42,837 nt of DNA, taken from a virus. Below, one piece after another: positions 1 through 8,737 of this stretch. Position numbers and translations under genes: made by a program. Each line of letters starts with the position of its first letter. The first letter of the stretch is position 1. The stretch is from IMG/VR virus record IMGVR_UViG_3300045988_062157, positions 1 through 42,837 of that record; one strand, 5' to 3'. The notes under the pieces are model-generated. The model searched no databases, was not told the DNA's origin, and worked only from the letters and a program-made list of their open reading frames with translations.

Positions 1-126
1 CGACTGTAGCGCAGCGACAAACACCGGCGACTGTAGCGCAGCGACAAACACCGGCGACTGTAGCGCAGCGACAAACACCGGCAACTATAGCGCAGCGACA
101 AACACCGGCGACTGTAGCGCAGCGAC
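1..126 (+). repeat. 27-bp tandem repeat (about 4.6 units) within coding sequence, unit cgactgtagcgcagcgacaaacaccgg
   Basis: Direct reading. Units start at 1, 28, 55, 82 (caactatagc variant) and 109 (partial). Each unit encodes the 9-aa unit (D/N)(C/Y)SAATNTG. Confidence 0.95.
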
Positions 127-328
127 TGTCGAAGGGAAGGAAAGCATTGCTATCGTTACCGGAAACGGAAGCAAGGCGAGCGGCAAGCGTGGATGCTGGC
201 TTGTGCTTACAGAGCGAGACAAAGAAAATCATGTTCTGGGTGTGCAGGCTGTGAAGGTGGACGGCGAAACCATCAAGGAAGATACGTTCTACACGCTGTC
301 CGGCGGAAAGGTAACAGAAGTCAAATAA
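2..328 (+). CDS. C-terminal part of the nonapeptide-repeat protein; 5' end lies off the left edge and continues 42362..42837
   Basis: Open frame from position 2 (DCSAATNTG repeats, then VEGKESIAIVTGNGSKASGKRGCWLVLTERDKENHVLGVQAVKVDGETIKEDTFYTLSGGKVTEVK), stop TAA 326-328. Frame matches the right-edge gene if the shared terminal cgactg is overlapped. Confidence 0.8.
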   Translation, partial: DCSAATNTGDCSAATNTGDCSAATNTGNYSAATNTGDCSAATVEGKESIAIVTGNGSKASGKRGCWLVLTERDKENHVLGVQAVKVDGETIKEDTFYTLSGGKVTEVK

Positions 329-418
329 AGGGAAAACCGCCGAGCGGGAGCGCAATCCCGTTTCGGCGGCAAAGATAAATGTTCAAGGCAAGTATATCAC
401 GGATTGGAGGAAAAAGCA

Positions 419-682
419 ATGGACAGAAAGACGGCGCACAAGCTGCTTGATCTGGTGTTAAGTGCAAAGCACAAGGGCGTGACATTTGAGTTCACGCCGA
501 TGTGCAACAACGGCGGACAGGCGAGCTTTTTCATTCACGAGTGGGACGGAAACAGTATCGGCAAATGCCGCGGCTACACGATGGATATTGACGGCGCGTG
601 GCTTGTGCTCGGTGAGGGCAGACGCTGCACGACGCAGGAAATCATGGAGGTACTGGAGGAGATGCAGCGTGCTGAACATTGA
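419..682 (+). CDS. hypothetical early protein (87 aa)
   Basis: ORF track 404..682. GGAGG at 406-410 favours the ATG at 419. Confidence 0.6.
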   Translation: MDRKTAHKLLDLVLSAKHKGVTFEFTPMCNNGGQASFFIHEWDGNSIGKCRGYTMDIDGAWLVLGEGRRCTTQEIMEVLEEMQRAEH

Positions 683-872
683 GCCGCCGCTCGAGCCGCC
701 GGAGAGAGACGATCAGGAGCGCATTAACCGGCTGTACGACATGAGAGAGGCGGAAATCCGCATGGGGGCGTTCCTCGAGGAGTACGAGGGGCTGTTCCCG
801 GATGAGATCAAGAACTTTTTACGGGACGTGCGGGAGCGCGTCTGGGAATACGAGGAAGATTTGGAGGGCTAA
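669..872 (+). CDS. hypothetical small acidic protein (67 aa); start uncertain
   Basis: 3' part of track ORF 486..872. GTG 669 lies 7 nt after GGAGGAG (655-661) and overlaps the upstream stop. Confidence 0.45.
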   Translation: MLNIEPPLEPPERDDQERINRLYDMREAEIRMGAFLEEYEGLFPDEIKNFLRDVRERVWEYEEDLEG

Positions 873-875
873 GAA

Positions 876-1364
876 ATGAACTTATATCAGCTGACAAACG
901 AATTTGAGAAAGCAATGCAGGCAATCGCGGTAGACCCTGAGACCGGCGAGGTCAGCGGCTTCGAGGCAGTAGACAGTCTGGACGCGGCGTTCGAGGACAA
1001 GGCCGAGGCGTATGCAGTTACCATCAAGAACCTTGCAGCCGAGGCGGCGGCGCTCAAGAACGAGCGGGACAATCTCAAGGCACGCGAGGACAGTGTGAAG
1101 AAGTGCATGGAGCGCATGAAGCAGCACCTTGCGGACAGCATGCTTGCAGTCGGCAAGGACAAGATCAGCACGGCCAAGGCGGCGCTGTCGTTCCGCAAGA
1201 GCGTGCAGGTGAACATTGTCAACGATGTGGAAGTTCCGGACGATCTGTGCAAGGTGGTTATCGACCGCAAGCCGGACAAGACGGCAATCGGCAAGCTGCT
1301 GAAAAGCGGCGAAAGCGTCCCGGGCGCGGAACTTGTAGAAAACATGAATTTGCAGGTGAAGTAA
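876..1364 (+). CDS. Siphovirus Gp157-like protein
   Basis: MNLYQLTNEFEKAM... N-terminus, coiled-coil middle, about 160 aa, directly upstream of ERF. Family assignment is from memory. Confidence 0.55.
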   Translation: MNLYQLTNEFEKAMQAIAVDPETGEVSGFEAVDSLDAAFEDKAEAYAVTIKNLAAEAAALKNERDNLKAREDSVKKCMERMKQHLADSMLAVGKDKISTAKAALSFRKSVQVNIVNDVEVPDDLCKVVIDRKPDKTAIGKLLKSGESVPGAELVENMNLQVK

Positions 1365-1365
1365 C

Positions 1366-1998
1366 ATGGCAGAAATTTACGCAGCAATCAACGGCGTTAT
1401 GGCCGACGTTGGCGCAATCGGCAAGGACAAGACCAGCGTGCAGCAGAAATTCAAGTATCGCGGCGTTGACGATGTGATGAACGCATTGCAGCCCGCAATG
1501 GTGAAGCACGGCATTTTCGTCGTGCCGGAGATCATCGAGCAGCGCCGCGAGGAACGGCAGACCAAGACAGGCGGAAACCTGATTTACTCGGTGTGCACGG
1601 TGCGGTATACGTTTTACGCCAAGGACGGCAGCAGCGTACAGTGCGTTGTGATCGGCGAGGGCATGGACAGCGGCGACAAGGCGACGAACAAGGCAATGAG
1701 CATTGCATTCAAGTACGCCTGCTTTCAGGTGTTCTGCATTCCAACCGAGGAAATGGCAGACCCGGACGCGGAAACACATCCTGCATCGCAGAGGGTCGCG
1801 GAAGACCCCAAGGTTGCGGCGGCGAAGGCCAAGGCGAACGAGGTAAAGCGGATGCTTGTGAAAATCATGGGCAACAAGACCGCAGCGGCGCAGCTGTGGA
1901 ACGAGAAGTACAAGCAGGATGCAGGCGACATCGTGAAGATGAACGCGGCGCTGCTTGATCTCGAAGATCGGCTCAAGCAGATGGAGGCGCTTGCATGA
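1366..1998 (+). CDS. erf: ERF-family single-strand annealing recombinase
   Basis: KFKYRGVDDVMNALQPAMVKHGIFV and GDKATNKAMSIAFKYA motifs typical of ERF proteins. Sits between the Gp157-like gene and SSB. Confidence 0.8.
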   Translation: MAEIYAAINGVMADVGAIGKDKTSVQQKFKYRGVDDVMNALQPAMVKHGIFVVPEIIEQRREERQTKTGGNLIYSVCTVRYTFYAKDGSSVQCVVIGEGMDSGDKATNKAMSIAFKYACFQVFCIPTEEMADPDAETHPASQRVAEDPKVAAAKAKANEVKRMLVKIMGNKTAAAQLWNEKYKQDAGDIVKMNAALLDLEDRLKQMEALA

Positions 1999-2531
1999 CG
2001 CATGAGTTTGACAGGGCGCGCGTCGTGCGCGACGAGAGCGGCAACTGGCTGTGCCTGCACGTCAAGAACGCGCCTATGGCGCGCGTAGAGTGCGAGCAGA
2101 TGAAGGATGGAAAGTTATACTGCGCAGAGGTGAAGCGCAAGTATGACAAGCGCTCAGGGCGTTGTAACGCCTATCTCTGGCAGATGCTCGGAAAGCTGGC
2201 GGCGGTGCTCGGCATGAAGCGCGAAGAGGTGTACCGCTCGTACATTCCCGATGTAGGGGACAATTACCGACTTGTCCCCTACGCCAACGAGCAGCAGCGC
2301 GATTTGATCGCGAACCTGTGGGAAAAGCAGGGTCTCGGATGGGTGACGCAGGACTGCAACGGCGGTTTGCTGATGTGCTACTACGGCTCATCCACTTACA
2401 ACACGCTGCAAATGGGACGGCTTATCAACCTGGTCGTGCAGGACTGCAAGGAGCAGGGCATTGAGACAGAGCCGGAAAGCACGGTGCTCGGTTGGCTGGC
2501 GAAGTGGAAGCCGGAGGAAAAGCACGTATGA
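1995..2531 (+). CDS. NinB/Orf-like recombination mediator (tentative)
   Basis: RSGRCNAYLWQMLGKLA and GSSTYNTLQMGRLINLVVQDCKEQGIE resemble lambda Orf (RSLDQNRKLWA...; GQSTSRMRVGEFAELLE...). Start overlaps the erf stop. Confidence 0.45.
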   Translation: MTHEFDRARVVRDESGNWLCLHVKNAPMARVECEQMKDGKLYCAEVKRKYDKRSGRCNAYLWQMLGKLAAVLGMKREEVYRSYIPDVGDNYRLVPYANEQQRDLIANLWEKQGLGWVTQDCNGGLLMCYYGSSTYNTLQMGRLINLVVQDCKEQGIETEPESTVLGWLAKWKPEEKHV

Positions 2532-2842
2532 GGAGACAGACACGGTTTACCGGTATCTCACCGGCGGTATGGAAGGAATGCTTTGACCGGGACGGCGGTA
2601 CTTGCCGCCACTGCGGGAAGGGCGGTGTGTTGCAGGCGGCGCATTACGTCAGCAGAGCACGCGGCGGCATGGGCATTCCGACAAACCTTGTGATGCTGTG
2701 CCCGGAGTGCCATCGAGAGATGGACCAGGGAGACGGCAAGGAAATCAAGGAAGAAATGCGGGAGTACCTCGAAAGCATTTATCCGCTGTGGAACGAGGAA
2801 AAGCAGAAGTACACAAAGGAGACAGGACGAAATGCTGAATAA
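2528..2842 (+). CDS. HNH-type nuclease-like protein (104 aa)
   Basis: ATGA overlap with the upstream stop. CRHCG ... AHYVSRARGG ... NLVMLCPECH motif arrangement. Confidence 0.6.
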   Translation: MRRQTRFTGISPAVWKECFDRDGGTCRHCGKGGVLQAAHYVSRARGGMGIPTNLVMLCPECHREMDQGDGKEIKEEMREYLESIYPLWNEEKQKYTKETGRNAE

Positions 2843-3230
2843 GGGAATTTTAATGGGTCGGCTGACGCGAGACCCGGAGTTACGCCATACACAGAGCGGC
2901 ACAGCGGTTTGTTCGTTCACGATAGCGATTGACCGAGACCGCAAGGACGCAAACGGCGAGAAGCAGACCGATTTTATCGACTGTGTCGCATGGAACAAGC
3001 AGGCAGAATTCGTTGCACAGTGGTTCTCGAAGGGGATGATGGCAATCGTTGTTGGCCGTATCCAGTCCCGCAAGTGGCAAGACCAGAACGGCAACAACCG
3101 CACTGCGATTGAGATCAACTGCGAGGATGTTTCCTTCGGCGAGACGAAGAAGAACCGCGAGAACAGCGGCGGACAGACAAGCGACTTCATCGCGTCGGAC
3201 GAGAGTGACCCGGACGACTGCCCGTTTTGA
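2832..3230 (+). CDS. ssb: single-stranded DNA-binding protein
   Basis: OB-fold N-terminus MLNKGILMGRLTRDPELR, and an acidic C-terminal tail DESDPDDCPF. Confidence 0.9.
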   Translation: MLNKGILMGRLTRDPELRHTQSGTAVCSFTIAIDRDRKDANGEKQTDFIDCVAWNKQAEFVAQWFSKGMMAIVVGRIQSRKWQDQNGNNRTAIEINCEDVSFGETKKNRENSGGQTSDFIASDESDPDDCPF

Positions 3231-3243
3231 GGGGTGACAGGGG

Positions 3244-3981
3244 ATGCTGACGAACGGGCACATACAGATTTACCGACAGCTCACAGAATGGGGGTGGTAC
3301 AAGGATGTACCCACATGCAAGCTGTGGCTGCACATCCTGCTGAGGGCAAACTACAAGGAAAGCCAGTTCATGGGGAGAGAGATTCCCCGAGGCGCGTTTG
3401 TGACGAGTTTGCAGGGGATTGCAGACGAGAGCGGGCTAACGTTAAAGCAGGTGCGCACGGCACTCGGGAAGCTCAAGAAAACCGGAGAAATCACGGCGGA
3501 AAGCAACCGGCATTATACGGTAATCACGGTATGCCGGTATGACGAGTTCCAGGGCGGCGAGCGGGAGGAAGCGCCTGCAAAGCAGCCGCCGAAACCGGAG
3601 ATGCCGAAAAAGACGCAGAGTCCAAAGCCGAAAGAGCCTGACCTTGCAGAACGATTTTCTGAGCCTGTGCTTTCTGCGGTGCGCGACTGGATCACCTACA
3701 AGCAGGAGCGGCGCGAGGCGTACAAGGCAGTCGGCTTGAAGTCTCTGCTGACCGAGATAGAAAACCGAGTAAAGCGCCACGGAGCGGCGGCAGTAGCCGA
3801 GGTTATCCGGCTGAGCATGGCGAACAACTGGAAGGGCATTATCTGGGATCGCATCAAGGACGCGCCAAAGCAGGCGGAAGCAAAGACGGAACCGGAGGAA
3901 ACGCCGGACTGGGAGCAGGCATGGCTTGCGCAGAAGGAAGAAACCAGACGAAAAATGAGAGAGGACGGTTATGAGAGGTAG
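3244..3981 (+). CDS. replication initiation/replisome organiser-like protein with conserved phage C-terminal domain
   Basis: Winged-helix-like N-terminus (LQGIADESGLTLKQVRTALGKLKKTGEI). C-terminus VRDWITYKQERREAYK...NNWKGIIWD resembles the conserved phage C-terminus (Phg_2220_C type), from memory. Confidence 0.55.
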   Translation: MLTNGHIQIYRQLTEWGWYKDVPTCKLWLHILLRANYKESQFMGREIPRGAFVTSLQGIADESGLTLKQVRTALGKLKKTGEITAESNRHYTVITVCRYDEFQGGEREEAPAKQPPKPEMPKKTQSPKPKEPDLAERFSEPVLSAVRDWITYKQERREAYKAVGLKSLLTEIENRVKRHGAAAVAEVIRLSMANNWKGIIWDRIKDAPKQAEAKTEPEETPDWEQAWLAQKEETRRKMREDGYER

Positions 3982-4066
3982 AAAGCGTGAGCATGATCGC
4001 GTGGAGACTCGGCAGGAGTTTGACTGCTGTAACGTACAAGATCAGGAAAATGAGGCGAGCGGGTGA
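3971..4066 (+). CDS. possible 31-aa coupled mini-ORF
   Basis: ATG 3971 overlaps the end of the upstream gene. Its TGA overlaps the GTG start of the next gene (GTGA). Below the track threshold. Confidence 0.25.
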   Translation: MRGRKREHDRVETRQEFDCCNVQDQENEASG

Positions 4067-4440
4067 ATTATAAGTTTACGATACGGGGCACGCTGCCGGG
4101 ACTGAACGAACTGATCGAGGCGGAACGCAGAAACCGGTTTATCGGCGCGAAGCTGAAAAAGCAGTATGAAGCGGTCGTTATGCGGGCGGCGCGAAGCCTC
4201 GGGAACGTGGAGTTTGAAGAACCGGTGTACATGGTGTACCACTGGTACGAGAAGGACCGGCGGCGGGATAAGGATAACATTTGCGCGTTTGGTCGCAAGG
4301 TCATTCAGGATGCGCTTGTGAAGGCGCGGTTCCTGCGGAATGACGGATGGAAGAACATCGCGGGGTTTGAAGACAGGTTTTACGTCGATAAGGACAAGCC
4401 GCGCGTTGTGGTGGAGATTTTGGAGGTGACGGAGGAATGA
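4063..4440 (+). CDS. rusA: RusA-like Holliday junction resolvase
   Basis: 125 aa, LPGLNELI..., RRRDKDNICAFGRKVIQDALVKARFLRNDGW pattern typical of the RusA family. GTG start. Confidence 0.6.
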   Translation: MNYKFTIRGTLPGLNELIEAERRNRFIGAKLKKQYEAVVMRAARSLGNVEFEEPVYMVYHWYEKDRRRDKDNICAFGRKVIQDALVKARFLRNDGWKNIAGFEDRFYVDKDKPRVVVEILEVTEE

Positions 4441-5255
4441 AAGAACTGAAATGCGAGCTGTTCAACGACAATTTCCAGAATTACAAGCGGTACGGCATCC
4501 CGAAAGCGCAGCTTGTCATTGCGGATATTCCGTATAACATCGGCGCGGACGCTTACGGTAGCAATCCGATGTGGTATGTCGGCGGAGACAACAAGAACGG
4601 CGAGAGCAAGAAGGCAAAAAGCAGTTTCTTTCGGACAGACGGCTATTTCAAGATTGCGGAATACATGCACTTCTGCAATCGGCTTTTGAAGAAAGAACCG
4701 AAGGAAAAGAACGCTGCACCGGCGATGGTCGTATTTTGCGCGTTCGACCAGATGCAGACGGTGATGGAGTACGGTAAGCGATACGGGTTCAAGAACAGTT
4801 ATCCGCTGTTTTTCACGAAAAACTACTCGGCACAGGTACTTAAAGCCAACATGCGCATTGTAGGTGCAACAGAATTTGCGGTTGTACTGTATCGCGACAA
4901 GCTGCCGAAGTTTAACAACGGCAGGCAGTACGACAAGGACGGCAAGGTCATTCGCGGAAGCGGAAAGATGGTGTTTGACCATATCGACTGGGAGCGGGAC
5001 GGCAGAGAGATTCCCAAGCTGCACCCGACGCAGAAGCCGGTGAAGGTGCTGAAAAAGCTGATTGAGATTTTCACAGACCCGGGCGACACGGTAATTGACC
5101 CATGCGCCGGGAGCGGTTCGACGCTGAGAGCGGCGCGGGAACTGGGAAGAAACAGCTATGGGTTTGAACTGGATAAGCAGTTTTACCGGCTTGCCAAAGA
5201 TGAAATGCTGAAAGAACCGGAAACGGTGCAGATCAGGATGGAAGGTGTGGTGTGA
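4437..5255 (+). CDS. DNA methyltransferase, beta-class (N6-adenine or N4-cytosine)
   Basis: Motif IV variant ADIPYN near the N-terminus and SAM motif I DPCAGSGST near the C-terminus. This circular permutation is typical of N6_N4 methylases. Confidence 0.85.
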   Translation: MKELKCELFNDNFQNYKRYGIPKAQLVIADIPYNIGADAYGSNPMWYVGGDNKNGESKKAKSSFFRTDGYFKIAEYMHFCNRLLKKEPKEKNAAPAMVVFCAFDQMQTVMEYGKRYGFKNSYPLFFTKNYSAQVLKANMRIVGATEFAVVLYRDKLPKFNNGRQYDKDGKVIRGSGKMVFDHIDWERDGREIPKLHPTQKPVKVLKKLIEIFTDPGDTVIDPCAGSGSTLRAARELGRNSYGFELDKQFYRLAKDEMLKEPETVQIRMEGVV

Positions 5256-5403
5256 AACATGCAAAACCTGCAAGTGGTACGAGCCGTTTTGCGGAGTGTG
5301 CTGCAACGGCGACAGCGAACACCGGGCGGATTTCCGGTTGAAAGATGAGACGTGCGAGGAATGGGAGGAAAACGATGGCGGAGCGGCAAAAAAAAATACT
5401 TGA
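5245..5403 (+). CDS. possible Cys-rich mini-protein (52 aa)
   Basis: GTG 5245, translation VWCETCKTCKWYEPFCGVCCNGDSEHRADFRLKDETCEEWEEN.... Overlaps both neighbouring genes. Not in the track because it is under 60 aa. Confidence 0.35.
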   Translation: MWCETCKTCKWYEPFCGVCCNGDSEHRADFRLKDETCEEWEENDGGAAKKNT

Positions 5404-5881
5404 TGTTACTTGCGGATCTCGAACGATATGGTTTGACAAGCATCATCCTGCGGCGATTTATGCAGATAAGCGAGTTGAAGAATACTATGGCATTTGGAAG
5501 TCGGGAGAAGGGCAGTCTGTAAGATCTTGCATCATCGCCCCTGATATACAATGTGACTTTACGGATATCCCATTTGAGAACAACAGCTTTTCTCTCGTTG
5601 TTTGGGATCCGCCGCACTTGAAGAGCATTGGACGGAACTCATGGCTTGCTAAAAAGTATGGTCATCTTGATAACAACTGGCCGCAAATGTTACACGACGG
5701 ATACCGAGAATGTATGCGGGTGTTGAAACCGGATGGCGTATTGATCTTTAAGTGGTCAGAAACTCAGATCCCTGCCGATGAGGTTTGGAAAGCGATTGGC
5801 ACAAGACCGTTGTTCGGCCACCATAGCGGGAAAAAATCGCAGACCTTTTGGGGGTGCTTCATGAAATTGGAGGAGATGTAA
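5375..5881 (+). CDS. second SAM-dependent DNA methyltransferase (probable N6-adenine)
   Basis: GGGAGG then ATG 5375. Motif I ILDVTCGSR and motif IV VWDPPH. Visibly more AT-rich than its neighbours. Confidence 0.7.
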   Translation: MAERQKKILDVTCGSRTIWFDKHHPAAIYADKRVEEYYGIWKSGEGQSVRSCIIAPDIQCDFTDIPFENNSFSLVVWDPPHLKSIGRNSWLAKKYGHLDNNWPQMLHDGYRECMRVLKPDGVLIFKWSETQIPADEVWKAIGTRPLFGHHSGKKSQTFWGCFMKLEEM

Positions 5882-6484
5882 ATGGGTAAGTATAAGCCGG
5901 GTGATATTATCACCATCAAAGGGACGGAATTTGCGGTACTGGACATAGAGAAAGGCACGGCAAAGGACGGCAAAGACCAGTTGTTTGTGCTGCTGAAAGA
6001 GCCGTTTGGAAGCACGCCATTCAGCACGGACGGCAACGACTATACCGAAAGCAAGCTGCGTGAGAAGACAGATCAGTGGTTTGAAGAATTTTCGGGTGAT
6101 CTGAACAAGAAACTGGTTTTTTCGAGAGAAATCAGTCTGTTGACAATGGACGGGCGTGCAAATTACGGAATTATGCATCGCTTAGCAGCACCGTTGACAT
6201 TTGATGAGTGGCGTAAGTATTCACGCTATATTCCAGATTGCAAGAAAAGCTATTGGCTGGCAACTGGCGATGGCGCGCCGGGGCGCCCCGGCGTGACGTG
6301 TGCGATGTTCGTGTTCTACGATGGCGCTTGGGGCAACGGCAGCCGCTCGAACACGTATGCGGTGCGTCCGGCTTTGGTCGTGTCGGAAGAGCTGATTGAT
6401 ACGCCGAAGGACGATGGTTTGAGCAAGTACAGCACGATGGAGCTGATTCAGGAGCTCGCGGAAAGGGCGATGAGGGATGAGTGA
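5882..6484 (+). CDS. hypothetical protein, DUF6273-like (tentative)
   Basis: SYWLATG...NTYAVRPALVV pattern recalls the DUF6273 family. Tightly packed after the methylase. Confidence 0.45.
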   Translation: MGKYKPGDIITIKGTEFAVLDIEKGTAKDGKDQLFVLLKEPFGSTPFSTDGNDYTESKLREKTDQWFEEFSGDLNKKLVFSREISLLTMDGRANYGIMHRLAAPLTFDEWRKYSRYIPDCKKSYWLATGDGAPGRPGVTCAMFVFYDGAWGNGSRSNTYAVRPALVVSEELIDTPKDDGLSKYSTMELIQELAERAMRDE

Positions 6485-6734
6485 GTTTTGCAAGGATGAA
6501 AGGCATGGAGGCATATGTGTCAAAACGGGTACTTATTGTAATCTTGGCGCTTGTCCTTACGAACAGTTAGAACAATTTGTGCCGGTAGTGCATGGGCGGT
6601 GGGGCACGGGACGGTTCAATCCGGAAACGGGAAACTATGAGGAGCAGTGCACCCGCTGCCGGAATTTCTCGAAAGAGTACGGCAAGCCTTACTGCCCCAA
6701 CTGCGGGGCGAAGCTGGACGGAGGTGCAGAATAA
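6477..6734 (+). CDS. Cys-rich zinc-ribbon-like hypothetical protein
   Basis: CTRCRN...CPNCG pair at the C-terminus. Overlaps the upstream gene end. Confidence 0.55.
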   Translation: MSEFCKDERHGGICVKTGTYCNLGACPYEQLEQFVPVVHGRWGTGRFNPETGNYEEQCTRCRNFSKEYGKPYCPNCGAKLDGGAE

Positions 6735-6886
6735 TGTGGAATCCGTGCAAAGACTGCATTTATTACCACAAAACGAGTCAAACTTGCCAGTTGAAGAAAT
6801 ACGCTACTTATGGCGACGGAAAAGTATCTTGGATTGACAGGATATTTTGTTCTCCGCGAAAAGATGAATGGAGGCGCAGACAATGA
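6734..6886 (+). CDS. Cys-rich mini-protein (50 aa)
   Basis: TAATG overlap with the upstream stop. Translation MWNPCKDCIYYHKTSQTCQLKKY.... Confidence 0.45.
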   Translation: MWNPCKDCIYYHKTSQTCQLKKYATYGDGKVSWIDRIFCSPRKDEWRRRQ

Positions 6887-7131
6887 TTGAACTTAAATCT
6901 TGTCCTTTCTGTGGTGGAGAAGCGACTGTTCAAGGTAAGCACACCGAAACATACGACGTTTGGGCGAACCACCCCGTTTTGTGTGCTAAGTATCGTGTTG
7001 GCTGTGAAAAGTGTGGAATTTATTTCTGGCAGTTGCACGAAATCCAATTGACAGATGGCCAACCTGCTGTTATTAAAAACGGATATGACGAAGCTGCCGA
7101 AGCATGGAACAGGAGGGCGGACAATGCGTGA
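6883..7131 (+). CDS. lar: Lar-family restriction alleviation-like protein
   Basis: ATGA overlap. LKSCPFCGG near the N-terminus and AAEAWNRRA near the C-terminus, the hallmark pair of the Lar family (from memory). Confidence 0.55.
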   Translation: MIELKSCPFCGGEATVQGKHTETYDVWANHPVLCAKYRVGCEKCGIYFWQLHEIQLTDGQPAVIKNGYDEAAEAWNRRADNA

Positions 7132-7303
7132 AATCACCAAAGCCGACATGGACAAGCCGATTGAACCGAAAATGGCGCGTGACGCTGTTACAGCGGTGCG
7201 CGATATAGCTGCGTATTTAACGGTGGGTGAGTGGTGCTTGATTATGGCAGGCGTGAAGAAAGCCGTTGAGAGAATGACACAGGAGGAAAATAATGAGGTT
7301 TAA
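7124..7303 (+). CDS. hypothetical protein (59 aa)
   Basis: Internal ATG of track ORF 7055..7303, overlapping the lar-like stop by 8 nt. Confidence 0.45.
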   Translation: MREITKADMDKPIEPKMARDAVTAVRDIAAYLTVGEWCLIMAGVKKAVERMTQEENNEV

Positions 7304-7883
7304 GAAAGACGGGAAAGTTTACGAAAGCACGGAGGCAATGTTGAATGCAAACTGCAACAGTATTGCAACGTGCATGACAGAATGCGAAATTAGAAAGCGT
7401 TGCCGTGAAGGCCAAAGCTGCGAAGATTACGCCTATGTGAACCCTGCGGAGGTGGCACAGTATCTCGGATTTGAGGTGCTTGAAGATGATAGCCCTACAA
7501 TTGCCATGATTATCGCAAAGCACACCGAGAACGACACGCCCACCATTGCCGAGACAGTTGAGGAAAACGGCGAGGACGAAAAGCGCAGGCTGACCCGTGC
7601 GGACATCCTGCACGCGGCGGAGAAGTGCGTATGCGGACAGCGTGAGCAGGACTACGGCACACCGGAGGATAACTTCAAAGCGATTGCGGAGCTGTGGGAG
7701 TCGTATCTTAATAAAGCCTGCACAAGGGGCGTGAACGTGCGCGTAGAGGCAAAGGACGTTGCTGTAATGATGGCGCTGCTCAAGATTGCACGCATTGCAG
7801 CAGGCGGCGGAAAGGCTGACAGTTGGATTGATCTTGCAGGCTATGCGGCTTGCGGGGCGGAATGTGAGGGAGTAACGGAATGA
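7293..7883 (+). CDS. hypothetical protein with DUF6378-like C-terminal domain
   Basis: C-terminal QDYGTPEDNFKAIAELW...ALLKIARIAAGGGKADSWIDLAGYAA matches the remembered DUF6378 pattern. The N-terminus is Cys-rich. Confidence 0.5.
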   Translation: MRFKKDGKVYESTEAMLNANCNSIATCMTECEIRKRCREGQSCEDYAYVNPAEVAQYLGFEVLEDDSPTIAMIIAKHTENDTPTIAETVEENGEDEKRRLTRADILHAAEKCVCGQREQDYGTPEDNFKAIAELWESYLNKACTRGVNVRVEAKDVAVMMALLKIARIAAGGGKADSWIDLAGYAACGAECEGVTE

Positions 7884-8209
7884 CCATCGCTGAGATCGCC
7901 GCCCAGATGGGCGTTACGCCGGAAACACTGGTGCAGGAGGTTGTGGCACAGGAAACGACAAAAGAAACTGTGCTTGTCGTTATGGGCGCACTGGCAATCG
8001 TGTTGGCGGTCGCGGTTCTTGTAGTCGGTGCTATATGCAATGGCGTGGATTTATCAGTGTTTGGTTTGTACACTGCTTGCGGTTTGCTTTGGATTGGCGT
8101 GATACTGCTCACGAACGTGTCTGACTTAATCGCATGGAAAACTGCGCCGCAGACCACGGTGTACCAGTACATTGTAGAACATTATGGAGGAACAGAAAAT
8201 GACGATTGA
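7880..8209 (+). CDS. membrane protein (two hydrophobic helices)
   Basis: VLVVMGALAIVLAVAVLVVGAI and GLLWIGVILLTNV segments. Start overlaps the upstream stop. Confidence 0.6.
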   Translation: MTIAEIAAQMGVTPETLVQEVVAQETTKETVLVVMGALAIVLAVAVLVVGAICNGVDLSVFGLYTACGLLWIGVILLTNVSDLIAWKTAPQTTVYQYIVEHYGGTENDD

Positions 8210-8567
8210 TGAAGCTATCAAGGTAGCAGATGCCAACGTGGAACTCTATTCGAGCTTAGAAGGGTGGGGACAGGCGGTAAGTTTTTACGACACATGCGCT
8301 GCCATGCTGAAAGTAATGAAGAAGATGATCGAGGAAGGCAGACCGGAAGACGCGCCGGATGCGTGGCAGGAGCGCAGAAAACGCGAGTACCGCGAGACCA
8401 AGGACCGGTACGAGAGGCTGCACTGGATGGTTACCAAGTACGAGGCGGGCGTGCTTGAGTATACGCCGAAGTGCTCGATCGAGCTGTTAAAGCAGCAGAA
8501 AAAGCACATGGGCGAGTACCTGCACGATCTGGAAGTCGGCGCATTTGTGGAAGGAGTGGAACTGTGA
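8199..8567 (+). CDS. hypothetical protein (122 aa)
   Basis: GGAGG at 8186-8190 favours the ATG at 8199 within track ORF 8184..8567. Confidence 0.6.
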   Translation: MTIDEAIKVADANVELYSSLEGWGQAVSFYDTCAAMLKVMKKMIEEGRPEDAPDAWQERRKREYRETKDRYERLHWMVTKYEAGVLEYTPKCSIELLKQQKKHMGEYLHDLEVGAFVEGVEL

Positions 8568-8737
8568 CGATTAACCAGGCAATCCGCATCCTCGACCCGG
8601 AAACGACAGCCGAGGAGCTGGCAGCGATCGAATACTACGGCGGTCTGCACGGCCGCGAGAAGATGGTGGCTGCGTGTGACGAAGCCTGCCGCATTGCGGT
8701 CCGAATTATGAGAAAATATCTGGAGGAACAGAAATGA
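8564..8737 (+). CDS. hypothetical protein (57 aa)
   Basis: GTGA overlap with the upstream stop. 3' part of track ORF 8471..8737. Confidence 0.45.
   Translation: MTINQAIRILDPETTAEELAAIEYYGGLHGREKMVAACDEACRIAVRIMRKYLEEQK

Noticed and set aside
1-126. CRISPR array or diversity-generating retroelement as an explanation for the 27-bp repeats, and likewise for the 11-bp arrays at 40726-41097
   Set aside because: The repeats are contiguous with no spacers. The 27-bp set is in frame within a protein-coding gene. No cas gene or reverse transcriptase is present in the genome, and no template-repeat copy is seen elsewhere.
193-378. Track ORFs overlapping real genes in alternative frames or on the opposite strand (for example 193..378, 882..1367, 4380..5306, 15638..16450, 17987..18688, 24434..25288, 29878..31011, 32187..33158, 41409..42260)
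   Set aside because: Each is fully embedded in a better-supported gene with recognisable motifs or synteny. Their translations are Arg/Cys/His-rich or low complexity. This is typical of shadow ORFs in GC-rich DNA.
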